Source of the DNA: a virus
Lineage: Duplodnaviria > Caudoviricetes
Length of the DNA: 30,802 nucleotides
Virus record (IMG/VR): IMGVR_UViG_3300002098_000114
Span: 1-30,802 of that record
Direction: 5' to 3' (one strand)
Positions within the stretch are counted from its first letter, which is position 1. Each line of letters opens with the position of its first letter. Of the stretch, positions 23,083-30,802 are shown one piece after another. The notes beneath the pieces were generated by a model that was given only the letters and a program-made list of their open reading frames with translations, ran no database searches and was not told where the DNA came from. A program made the translations under genes and the position numbers.

Positions 23083-25292
23083 TTTTTTTTTACGTCGGCC
23101 TCAGCCTGCTCATTCAGCACCTTCGCAACGTCGGCGTCAACTGTCTCGAATACAAAGTCACGCCACTTGCCTGCGCTCTTGCGCTTTGAGACAAAAGACT
23201 TGAACGCTTTGATCTCGTCGACGACTTTGTTGTCTGAATCCACGATGCCGTTCGTCCACGCCTTCGCCGGATCTCCGCCCCACGCGGCCCACGCAACGCG
23301 ACCTGGGCTTGGGTAACCCTTGTCTCCTGGACTCCAGCCCTGTCCTTGTTTGTCAACTTCGTGTCGAGCGAGGTAAGAGGCAATCCGCTTCATCGTGTCC
23401 ATGCTCACGGGTCGTCCGGCGGCCAGGTCGCTTGCTCGCTTGCGCCCAACATCTGTGAATCCCTGACCGGCCTCGCCGTCTGCGATCCAGGCAAGTGCTC
23501 GTTTTGCTTCTTCGCGAACACCTTGAGGCGGCGTGAATGAGTTGTCTGCCGCTTTGATTACAGGCTCAGCAGGCTCAGCAGGCTCGGCTGGTGTCGCGTC
23601 TCCAACGGTGCCGGTGGTTTGTTCTGCTCCGGCGGTGCCGACCTGCGCTGTGGTCTCTCCGCTTGCTGAGGTTTCTAACATTCCACGCAAGAACGTCACG
23701 GTGTTGCCAGCGACGATGAACGGCTCGTCGGCTTCAGGCATATCGTAGAGCGGCTGTCCGAGTTCAGATTGAACGGTGTTGAGAGTTTTCTGACCGGAGT
23801 AGAGAGAAGTCTGTAATGCTTTCGCTTTCTCAACGCTCTCTCGGATCGTGCCAGGGTCAGCAAGAACGAACGTGACCGAGCGACTGGTCTCAAGGAATCG
23901 ACGTGAGAGTGAGTTCACCATATCGACCAAGAACGCTTCGGTCGGGCGCTTGCTCATCGTCTCGGCGTTGTCCTGCTCGCCTTCGGCCATTCCCTTGCCG
24001 CCGAGTCCAGTACGAGGAATGATCCCGAGTTGCGTTGGCGTGATTCCAAACGGTGACGATATGCGCTTGATCAGGAACTCGTCGTAGTCGGCTTTGTATC
24101 GCTCGTCGATGGTTGGAGCGAACACGGGGTCGAACGACTTAGGAAGCATTTTGATTCGGTGACGCTCGGCAGTTGAGCCGGTGAGGGTGTCGTTGATGAC
24201 TCGTTCGAGTGACGCGAGTTTCAGGTGATCGAGTTCTTCGCTGTCGGTTTTCATGAACGTGGTCGGCATCGTGCCTTCGGTGAACTCGCTCTTGAGCCAC
24301 ATCTGACGCTCAAGGTAAAGCGACGCCGCAGGGATTGACTCCTCGGTTGCGCTGTACCCGTAAGGCGACCAGGTTCGTCGGTTCTTGACGAAGTACGCAA
24401 GTTGGTCTCTGACGTACTCGCCGTTCTGTCCCTTGTCGGTGAAGAACTCACCGTCGTTTGTTGGGCTGGCTTGATACTCGCCACGAGGGAATCCCCAGAG
24501 GATCTGTTGGAACGCCGGTGCTGGTGGGTGCGGTATGTCGCCTCGGTTGTCGAGAAGCGGTTTGATCGTTGCGGCGTCAATGATCTCGAAGCCAATGACG
24601 TCTCCACCTAAGTTGTAGCGCGGGTAGACGGGGATTGCGTCGTAGACGAAGTGTTGCCAGCAAGCCTCCGTGATCCATTCGGCCCAGCCTCGGTCTCCGT
24701 GAACATAGGGGTTCTCCCAGAACTGCTTGAGCCTGTCGATCTCCTCACCGAACTCGTCTCTCGCGATCATGTTTGCTTTCGCGTGACCGACGTTCTGCTC
24801 TTGCATGATCTTTGAGATGGCGTGGTCGCTCACGGTGAAGTCCCATTCAAGACCAACGATCTCTGAGGTTTTGATCTCAATGCAACGGTGAACGACGTCA
24901 CATTGTTCAGCGAGCGCACGAAGCGTTGACCAGGGAACGTGCCTGTCGTTGAGGTTGAGGTTCTGCGCTACATCGTACTGGTAGCGACGTGGTAAGGCTC
25001 TGCCGCTATCGTCGAACACCGGATCGAGCGGTGCTGGCAGGTAAGGCATCGCTGGCCCGAGTTGCGAGCCAAACGAATCACCAGGTCGAGGAAGCGGCAT
25101 CGCCGGCGTTCCTGGAGTCTGAAGCAGTCCCGACGCTCCGGCTCCGGTGTAGCCCGACTGGAAGCCTGGCATCGTAGAGACAACAGAACCGCCAGCCGCC
25201 GCAAACGGGTTCATGGCCTTTGATACTTCTTCGGCGATGAGTTTTGCGAGATCCTCGTTTGAGGTCTTTGCCTTGCGGTTCCAGATTGCCAT
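23034..25292 (-). CDS. Portal protein with a C-terminal extension
   Basis: Follows TerL; VHRCIE..IIDAATIKP..YGYSATEE..ISSPFGITPTQLG..TLNTVQSELGQP portal-like segments; low-complexity linker and extra domain. Confidence 0.9.
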   Translation of the reverse strand: MAIWNRKAKTSNEDLAKLIAEEVSKAMNPFAAAGGSVVSTMPGFQSGYTGAGASGLLQTPGTPAMPLPRPGDSFGSQLGPAMPYLPAPLDPVFDDSGRALPRRYQYDVAQNLNLNDRHVPWSTLRALAEQCDVVHRCIEIKTSEIVGLEWDFTVSDHAISKIMQEQNVGHAKANMIARDEFGEEIDRLKQFWENPYVHGDRGWAEWITEACWQHFVYDAIPVYPRYNLGGDVIGFEIIDAATIKPLLDNRGDIPHPPAPAFQQILWGFPRGEYQASPTNDGEFFTDKGQNGEYVRDQLAYFVKNRRTWSPYGYSATEESIPAASLYLERQMWLKSEFTEGTMPTTFMKTDSEELDHLKLASLERVINDTLTGSTAERHRIKMLPKSFDPVFAPTIDERYKADYDEFLIKRISSPFGITPTQLGIIPRTGLGGKGMAEGEQDNAETMSKRPTEAFLVDMVNSLSRRFLETSRSVTFVLADPGTIRESVEKAKALQTSLYSGQKTLNTVQSELGQPLYDMPEADEPFIVAGNTVTFLRGMLETSASGETTAQVGTAGAEQTTGTVGDATPAEPAEPAEPVIKAADNSFTPPQGVREEAKRALAWIADGEAGQGFTDVGRKRASDLAAGRPVSMDTMKRIASYLARHEVDKQGQGWSPGDKGYPSPGRVAWAAWGGDPAKAWTNGIVDSDNKVVDEIKAFKSFVSKRKSAGKWRDFVFETVDADVAKVLNEQAEADVKKKTRSAGRRVSYQEQTD
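23082..23091 (-). other. Slippery A9G run containing A_AAA_AAG at the portal 3' end (candidate -1 frameshift or transcriptional slippage site)
   Basis: Portal frame GTA AAA AAA AAG; a -1 shift enters the MuF frame. Confidence 0.7.
23561..23587. repeat. 9-bp tandem repeat x3 encoding the PAEPAEPAEP linker
   Basis: caggctcag caggctcag caggctcgg. Confidence 0.8.
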
Positions 25293-25295
25293 GTG

Positions 25296-25577
25296 TTACT
25301 TCGTGATGCCCGCGACCTTGAGTGCGGTCTGAGCGTTGCGTCGAGTGACGAAGTGAGCGATTTGTGAGCCACTAGCCATGATGACTGAAACCGAAGCGAT
25401 GCTGGCCTGAACTGATGCAGGCTCGGTGAAGCCAGGGTGGAAGATTGCGACTGCGGCGGTCACGGCAGTTGCGAGCGTGGTGAGGTTGGCGACCCAAGTG
25501 TTCGGGTGCTGAATGATCTTCAACGCAGGGAAGATTGACGGGGCGGCTTCTTGGATTCTTGCTTCTGGTGTAGTCAT
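25296..25577 (-). CDS. Small two-TM protein (holin-like) between terL and portal
   Basis: Two hydrophobic segments and a basic C-terminus; ATGA coupling to terL. Confidence 0.6.
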   Translation of the reverse strand: MTTPEARIQEAAPSIFPALKIIQHPNTWVANLTTLATAVTAAVAIFHPGFTEPASVQASIASVSVIMASGSQIAHFVTRRNAQTALKVAGITK

Positions 25578-26932
25578 GCACGTTCCTTCCTATGCGCTCC
25601 ACAGTTGTTGCAGATCGCCTCTGATGGGTTCATGGGGTGTGAGCATACGATACACGGAGGAGCGATCTCAGCGAACCACCTGTCTGCCGACGAACCTCTT
25701 GCCAAGTTCAGTTCAGCGATGCCGTGAACCAACGCGTCAAGTCGGTCTGGTGACAATCCGCTATCGGGTACCCAGCCGCACAATTGATCTTCGAGTGCTG
25801 TGAGAACTCCGACGTGGTGAACTCGACCTTGCTCGTAGAGCGCCGAGATCGGTTCGGCTCTGAGTCGCTTGCCTTGCTTTGCGGTGATGCCTTTGTAGGG
25901 AACATGAGGATCGACTGAGCGCAGTACGTTCTCAATCAAGTCACCTCCCTGGTTCTTTTCTCCGACGATGGTGCCGATCTCTCCAAACTCTCTGAACGCC
26001 GCAATCGCTTTATTTGCCCAAGCGTTCGGTGTGTCTCTGATCGTGCGGTCTGCGAGGACGTAGGCGTCACCATCCTCTCCACGTCCGACAACGACAATGC
26101 CTGTCTCGTCTGCGTTCTCCCCCGAGGTCACGGCAGGGTCAATGGCTACGACGATGCGTGTCATCTGTGGAGCCTCAGCAACTCGGTTGTCGTCGATCAG
26201 GCTCATCGTCCACAATGCACCAGGTACGTCGTCGAGCATCTCACCGAACAACTCTTGTCGTCCCAGTCGAGTGCCTTCGTAGCGCGCAAGGATCGCTGTC
26301 TGAACGGTTGGAGCAAGGTTTTTGAGATTGTCGTACGTCGTGCCTCTGGTGATGACGGTGTTCTGGTCGGCGATGATTCTGCGAAGCAGGGGAGTTGGTC
26401 GAGGTGTTGTGGCAATAGCAATCTGCGGAGCCTGGCCGAGCCGGAGTCCGAACTGCGCCATGTCCCAGGTGTCCTCGTACTGCCACGCCGCTAACTCGTC
26501 AGCCCAGATGAACTCATGCTGTGGGCCTCTGAGCCTGTCGGGTTCCTCGGCGCTGAACAACTTGATCCTGCTTTTGTTTTTCAACGTGATCTCACCGATA
26601 GAACGGTTGTAGTTGTCGAGCATTTTGTATTGTCGAAGCACCGAGAGAATGCCCGACTCACCTTCAGCGCAGGTGTCTCTGGCGTCGGCATAGGTTCGAG
26701 CGATGATCCCTGCTCGCACGTTTGGCTTCTCGCATACCTTCCACGCCAGCCACTCAGCGCAGGAGCGAGTCTTACCGGCTCCTCGACCTGCGAGGTAGAG
26801 CCAGGTTGTCCAGTTGCCTTCGGGTTCTAACTGCTCACGCCTTGCGAGGTTCTTGATCCACTCGACTCTTGTGCCGCCGAGGTAGTCAAAGTCAGGCTCG
26901 TTTTGCGTCGAGTTCTCGTTCAATAAGGTCAC
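25574..26932 (-). CDS. terL: Terminase large subunit
   Basis: Walker A AGRGAGKT, Walker B FIWADE, ATTPR motif, nuclease VVAIDPA..DETGI..PDRLDAL; C-terminal Zn ribbon. Confidence 0.95.
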   Translation of the reverse strand: MTLLNENSTQNEPDFDYLGGTRVEWIKNLARREQLEPEGNWTTWLYLAGRGAGKTRSCAEWLAWKVCEKPNVRAGIIARTYADARDTCAEGESGILSVLRQYKMLDNYNRSIGEITLKNKSRIKLFSAEEPDRLRGPQHEFIWADELAAWQYEDTWDMAQFGLRLGQAPQIAIATTPRPTPLLRRIIADQNTVITRGTTYDNLKNLAPTVQTAILARYEGTRLGRQELFGEMLDDVPGALWTMSLIDDNRVAEAPQMTRIVVAIDPAVTSGENADETGIVVVGRGEDGDAYVLADRTIRDTPNAWANKAIAAFREFGEIGTIVGEKNQGGDLIENVLRSVDPHVPYKGITAKQGKRLRAEPISALYEQGRVHHVGVLTALEDQLCGWVPDSGLSPDRLDALVHGIAELNLARGSSADRWFAEIAPPCIVCSHPMNPSEAICNNCGAHRKERA

Positions 26933-27416
26933 GAATCCTCTGCTCCCTGTCTGGGTCGACGTTGTAGATCAACACTTCTCCCTGGATCTTGGTCGGTGCG
27001 TTCAGTCCGAGGAGTCGAGCGCGGGCCGCCTGTGCTTTCAGGATCTTGTCAACCGCCTCCATGCGAACACCCTCGTCGATGACGACTTCACCTTTGTCGT
27101 CCTTTACTATCCTGCCGGACGCTGAGACCCGAGGCTGTGGATTCTGAATCACGCTCTGGAGGTAACGCTCGGCGTTGTCAATCTTCTCCAGTTCAATCTT
27201 CCTGACTTCCTCTGCTCCCTCCGTCGGGATCTCCGCAACGGCTCTGGTCACCATTTTGTGCGCTGTGCCTACCGCTACGTTGAAGCGATCAGCGATCATT
27301 TGGTAGGTGTAGCCAAGTGAACGCAGATCAGCCGCTCGCCTGTCGTCAGCGATCTTGTCTGGTGTACGAACAAACTTTCCGGTGGTGGCGTGTTGGACGG
27401 GTTTTTCGACGGTCAT
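26892..27416 (-). CDS. Terminase small subunit-like HTH protein
   Basis: ATG at 27416; LRSLGYTYQMIADRFNVAVGTAH HTH and RARLLGLNAP motif; immediately upstream of terL. Confidence 0.75.
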   Translation of the reverse strand: MTVEKPVQHATTGKFVRTPDKIADDRRAADLRSLGYTYQMIADRFNVAVGTAHKMVTRAVAEIPTEGAEEVRKIELEKIDNAERYLQSVIQNPQPRVSASGRIVKDDKGEVVIDEGVRMEAVDKILKAQAARARLLGLNAPTKIQGEVLIYNVDPDREQRIRDLIERELDAKRA

Positions 27417-27432
27417 AGTGCTTTCTACGGTA

Positions 27433-28794
27433 CTACTCGTTGAGGAACGAAACTTCTTCGCCAGTTGCTTCGTGTATTGGAGCGATGCCGGTGATACCTT
27501 GAAAGCGATTGCAGATGACGTCGCAGTACGCAGGTGACAGTTCGATTCCGTAAGCAACTCGGTTTTGATTGTGAGCGGCGAGAATCGTTGAGCCACTACC
27601 TACGAAAGGATCAAACACGGCATCGTGGGGATCTGTGTATGCCTTGACAAAGAACTCCGGTAGCCCCACAGGGAATGCGGCGGCGTGGCCGGTGATCGTG
27701 TGACTACCAGAGAAGGTAGGTAAGCGATTCCCAGGTAACGCCAATCCTTCTTTCATTTGTTGATTGAACTTTGCTCCGCTTCCTTGATGTTCCATTAGTT
27801 CGATTCTTGTGCTTAGACCTTCATACTCGAAAGCAGATTTTGACGTAACTCGTACTGCTTTCGGTCTTATTTTCCAATCGTTCAATGTGAACTGATACAC
27901 AGGCTCAAACTGATTCTTGAAACGTCGGCGAACTTCTTGCAACATTCCTGATCTCTCCCAACAGAACTCAGTTGCAAAGTGCCAACCCCATTGTCGAACG
28001 TGAGCAATCACAAGATCCAAGACGTAAAGTTCGGTGTCAAGTTCACGCGATGCTGGTTTGATGTTCACAAAGAATGAACCGTCGTCTGCCAGATGTTCTT
28101 TGATGTTTTCTTGAACCGGCTCCCACCACTCGACGTATTCGTCTGGTGGAATCGGCTTGAATCCTGATGATGAGTCGTATGTTCTCTGCTCGGCGTATGG
28201 CGGAGATGTGAACGCAAGGTTGATCTCTGCTCCAGCAAGAACCTTCTCCACGTCTCCAGGGTTGCGTGAGTCGCCACAGATAAGCCGGTGTGGGCCAAGT
28301 AGCCAAACGTCTCCAGGCTTGGTCACGGGGTCAAGAGGAGGCTCTATCTCTCCAGGCTCTTTGATCTCAGCCATCGGCTCCGGCTTGAACTCGGCGATCA
28401 GGTCGTCCAAGTCCTCTCCCGTGAAGCCGGTTCCCGTGAGACCAAACTCACTATGAATCAGAGACTCAAGTAGGTCGGTCAGAATCGCTGGATCGTTTTG
28501 TGCCATATCGCTTGTTTGATTATCGGCAAGAAGGATTCGGAGTGCTTGGTCATCGTCAACGTCTAGGACGTGAGCGGCGATGGCGTCCCAGCCGAGAAGT
28601 CGAGCCGCTTGTGTTGTGTGATTGCCTGCACAAACTCTCATGCGTGACTTCTGAACAACGATTGCTCTGAACTGTCCATGAGCCTCTAGTGATTGCATGA
28701 TTGCACCGATGTCACCGTGTCGCACGTTGTCGGGGTGTAGTTCAAGTTCTTTGATGTTCACGTTCTCAACTTCAAGCCGTGTAAGTTTCTTCAC
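27433..28794 (-). CDS. ParB-like domain fused to an N4/N6 DNA methyltransferase (beta class)
   Basis: GTG at 28794 with GAGGAG SD; ParB HPDNVR..AGNHT..LADN; MTase TSPPY, HAAAFP, FDPFVGSGST, GIEL. Confidence 0.9.
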   Translation of the reverse strand: MKKLTRLEVENVNIKELELHPDNVRHGDIGAIMQSLEAHGQFRAIVVQKSRMRVCAGNHTTQAARLLGWDAIAAHVLDVDDDQALRILLADNQTSDMAQNDPAILTDLLESLIHSEFGLTGTGFTGEDLDDLIAEFKPEPMAEIKEPGEIEPPLDPVTKPGDVWLLGPHRLICGDSRNPGDVEKVLAGAEINLAFTSPPYAEQRTYDSSSGFKPIPPDEYVEWWEPVQENIKEHLADDGSFFVNIKPASRELDTELYVLDLVIAHVRQWGWHFATEFCWERSGMLQEVRRRFKNQFEPVYQFTLNDWKIRPKAVRVTSKSAFEYEGLSTRIELMEHQGSGAKFNQQMKEGLALPGNRLPTFSGSHTITGHAAAFPVGLPEFFVKAYTDPHDAVFDPFVGSGSTILAAHNQNRVAYGIELSPAYCDVICNRFQGITGIAPIHEATGEEVSFLNE

Positions 28795-29024
28795 ATCGTC
28801 TCCTCTGAAAGTTCCTGGATCATGACTGAGTAGGCGTGGCCCAGGTGTCTCATTGCCTCGGTGAGTTCGTTGAAACAAAGCATCGCTGTCTCGCTGTTGC
28901 TTTCGTTGATGAGCGTGAGAGCGCCGTTCAATGCTCCGAGTGCGTGGTTGTAGGCGTCGAGAATGATCTCGCATTCCGCCAGCGTCGCCGCAGGATCGGT
29001 TGGCTTTCGCAGGTAGTCACTCAC
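28791..29024 (-). CDS. Hypothetical helical protein (77 aa)
   Basis: Overlaps both neighbours in the operon (GTGA coupling to the MTase). Confidence 0.65.
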   Translation of the reverse strand: MSDYLRKPTDPAATLAECEIILDAYNHALGALNGALTLINESNSETAMLCFNELTEAMRHLGHAYSVMIQELSEETM

Positions 29025-29406
29025 CGTTGAGCCAAGTCATGTGATCTGTGGTGCAGTTGCGATCTTTGCACCGGCCTCGGATCTCCCTAGAGCGATAGAT
29101 GTTTGATTCATTGTTCTCATGCGCTCTGAGTTGGAGTCCATGTTTGCGGCTCCAGAGAGGGTGCGTGGTTGCCCAGGAGTGGCAGGGACGGCAGAGTGAA
29201 ACGAACAGTTCCGGCGTCAGCCATGAGTTCCTCATCTGCGAGCGGTTGATTAGTTCGTGAACGTCGGTGGCGTGGATCTCACAGACGCCTTCAATCTTGG
29301 CTTCGCAGTCGGGAGCGCCGACAAGTTGGATCTGGCGAAGTTCCTGGCGCTCTGGGATCTGCGCCCACCGTTTTTGAGAGACCCGACGGATCGACCTGCG
29401 CTTCAT
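29017..29406 (-). CDS. HNH endonuclease-like protein
   Basis: CEAKIEGVC..ATDVHELINRS..SLCRPCH pattern; near the terminase genes. Confidence 0.72.
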   Translation of the reverse strand: MKRRSIRRVSQKRWAQIPERQELRQIQLVGAPDCEAKIEGVCEIHATDVHELINRSQMRNSWLTPELFVSLCRPCHSWATTHPLWSRKHGLQLRAHENNESNIYRSREIRGRCKDRNCTTDHMTWLNGE

Positions 29407-29582
29407 GGCACCCTGCGACAGGTGTGACAGGAGACGAGTCCATGTGAATCAGTATCCCAGTCGTGATTACATTGAATAACCGGCATGTGGCGTTTGCCGC
29501 ATGGTACGCAACGCAAGCGTCCCTCACCTGCGGCTTTGTGGCCGGTCTCGATCTTGCATGATGGACAGTAGTAAGTGGTCAT
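29403..29582 (-). CDS. Small Cys/His-rich Zn-ribbon protein (59 aa)
   Basis: ATG at 29582 with GGAG SD; CPSC, CVPC, CxH, CHTC. Confidence 0.7.
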   Translation of the reverse strand: MTTYYCPSCKIETGHKAAGEGRLRCVPCGKRHMPVIQCNHDWDTDSHGLVSCHTCRRVP

Positions 29583-29605
29583 TAGATCTCCCTTTGCCAG
29601 AGAGT

Positions 29606-29926
29606 CTAACCGATACCACCTGTCGTTTGCGTCAAGTTCTCGTACCAATCGGTACCGGCACAAAGTTCACAGAACTCTGGGCCGTCAACAACTGCTGTGA
29701 GCGCCATCGCTTTGCTGGAGAAGTTGCAACAAGTGCTGTGGATCTCACAGACGACTTGCCATTTGCCGTCGTTTTGGGACTCATGTTGTTCGTCATTCCA
29801 CATCGTGCATAGGCCATTCTTCGATGTGGCGTAAGCACCTCCGGCGTGTTGCTTTGTGACGTGGTTGACGGCTCCACTTTCTGTCTTGAAGATGCGATTG
29901 CAGATTTTGCATTGGTAGCGATTCAT
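29606..29926 (-). CDS. Protein with an N-terminal C2H2 zinc finger
   Basis: YQCKICNRIFKTESGAVNHVTKQH; further CEIH/CELC motifs; GGAGG SD with ATGA coupling. Confidence 0.75.
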   Translation of the reverse strand: MNRYQCKICNRIFKTESGAVNHVTKQHAGGAYATSKNGLCTMWNDEQHESQNDGKWQVVCEIHSTCCNFSSKAMALTAVVDGPEFCELCAGTDWYENLTQTTGGIG

Positions 29927-30405
29927 GACGCCACCTCCACCGCTCCACGACCTTCACACTTGAAACAGTTGAATCCAGGCCACTCCTTGCGCCCACCTGC
30001 TCCGCCACAACGGTTGCAACGCTCTTGTCCAGCATTGGCCCACTTCGTCTCTAACTCGGCTTGCTTGGCTTCGTGTGCTGTTCGTCTCGCTACGACCTCT
30101 GGGTCGTTTTGCTCTGCCCAATACGCAGTTATTGCTGTTTGCGCCTTAGGATTTGCCGACATGTAGGTTTCATCTGCACGTCCTTTCGCACACTCGTCAC
30201 GAAACCGTTTGCCGATTATCTTTGCCTTGCCTTCGCGTAAGCGATACCTAGAGCAAGAGAAAATGTCAACAAAAACGGTTTCACCGTCCCACTCAACCAT
30301 GCCATTAGAGACTTCTTCGCAAAATACGTTTCCGTTGTAGAAACCCTCTCCGGCTTCTACACGAACTCCGCAATCGCAGACGCCTGGGTACTTGTTGGCG
30401 TTCAT
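29923..30405 (-). CDS. Hypothetical protein with a C-terminal DnaJ-type CxxCxGxG pair
   Basis: ATG at 30405 with GGAGG SD and ATGA coupling; CNRCGGAG..CFKCEGRG. Confidence 0.72.
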   Translation of the reverse strand: MNANKYPGVCDCGVRVEAGEGFYNGNVFCEEVSNGMVEWDGETVFVDIFSCSRYRLREGKAKIIGKRFRDECAKGRADETYMSANPKAQTAITAYWAEQNDPEVVARRTAHEAKQAELETKWANAGQERCNRCGGAGGRKEWPGFNCFKCEGRGAVEVAS

Positions 30406-30802
30406 GACGCCACCTCCGTTTTCTTTGTTCGTGTCAACACCGTGACTTTGCCGTCTTTGCCCGTGAGGTGCTTCTTGACGGTTCCGGTCATCGTGACCTG
30501 ATCGCCAACTTCCACCATGTAAAGCCAAGCGGCGGTGCCACCGGCTTCGACCAAGTTGCCTTCGGCGTTCTCGACGACGACGTGCTGAGTGGTGCCGTAA
30601 GCACCGTCACGCTCGTAAGCCTTGACGATGTTTCCGGTCACCGTGATCTTCTCGCCAACTTCACCAACATTGGTGCGACCAAGACGCTTGGCTTCGGCTT
30701 CGGCTTCGGCTTCGGCTTTGCGAGCCAAGATGACCTCACGAGTGTCGCCGGTGATTTCAACTTCGGTTGCAAGGTTCGCCTCAACTCTTTCGGCGCAAGT
30801 CT
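30402..30802 (-). CDS. OB-fold-like protein, 3' part only (frame open to window end)
   Basis: VGEVGEKITVTGNI..GAYGTT..VEVGDQVTMTGTVKKH..TVLTR; no stop between 30728 and 30802 in this frame. Confidence 0.65.
   Translation of the reverse strand, partial: TCAERVEANLATEVEITGDTREVILARKAEAEAEAEAKRLGRTNVGEVGEKITVTGNIVKAYERDGAYGTTQHVVVENAEGNLVEAGGTAAWLYMVEVGDQVTMTGTVKKHLTGKDGKVTVLTRTKKTEVAS
30690..30718. repeat. Perfect hexamer microsatellite (GGCTTC)x4.8 encoding AEAEAEAEA
   Basis: ggcttcggcttcggcttcggcttcggctt. Confidence 0.85.

Noticed and set aside
27417-28974. Longer starts in the ORF track (27596 for terS, 28974 for the MTase; likewise 4070, 6446, 7448, 8849, 12232, 17752, 30528)
   Set aside because: They overlap upstream genes extensively; shorter starts have SDs and/or stop-start coupling
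1-30802. Direct circular junction of the window ends; CRISPR array, tRNA, integrase or att site
   Set aside because: The ORF leaving position 1 is not in frame with the ORF entering at 30802 and no terminal repeat was seen; no repeat-spacer pattern, cloverleaf or recombinase motifs found

Overview
This window is most of the genome of a siphovirus-type tailed phage of Actinobacteria (host inferred from WhiB and Rpf genes; cut inside small genes at both ends). Almost all genes are on the minus strand. Read right to left: small Zn-binding genes, HNH, ParB-DNA methyltransferase, terminase small and large subunits, a 2-TM protein, portal, MuF-type minor head protein, prohead protease/scaffold, major capsid, head-tail genes, tail tube, tail assembly chaperone, HK97-gp10-like protein, tape measure, a large tail-tip protein, NlpC/P60 endolysin with membrane proteins, and a metallophosphoesterase. 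A two-gene plus-strand cassette follows (Cys peptide + permuted papain-like amidase), then an early operon: RHH, HTH, ERF, SSB, WhiB, a replication initiator with internal iterons, and a stand-alone secreted Rpf-like transglycosylase. No integrase, CI-type repressor, DNA polymerase, tRNA or CRISPR array was recognised. Most notable: (1) an A_AAA_AAG slippery site that would fuse portal to an otherwise start-less MuF frame by -1 frameshifting, a second recoding site besides the canonical C_CCA_AAA tail-chaperone shift; (2) a G-U-supported three-way-junction RNA right after the capsid gene that can alternatively pair with the next gene's SD; (3) a 25-bp imperfect palindrome at the same position upstream of two early promoters; (4) a small beta-module inserted repeatedly, once nested in itself, across virion proteins; (5) several unannotated translationally coupled micro-ORFs. 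All calls come from motif recognition by eye; no searches were run.
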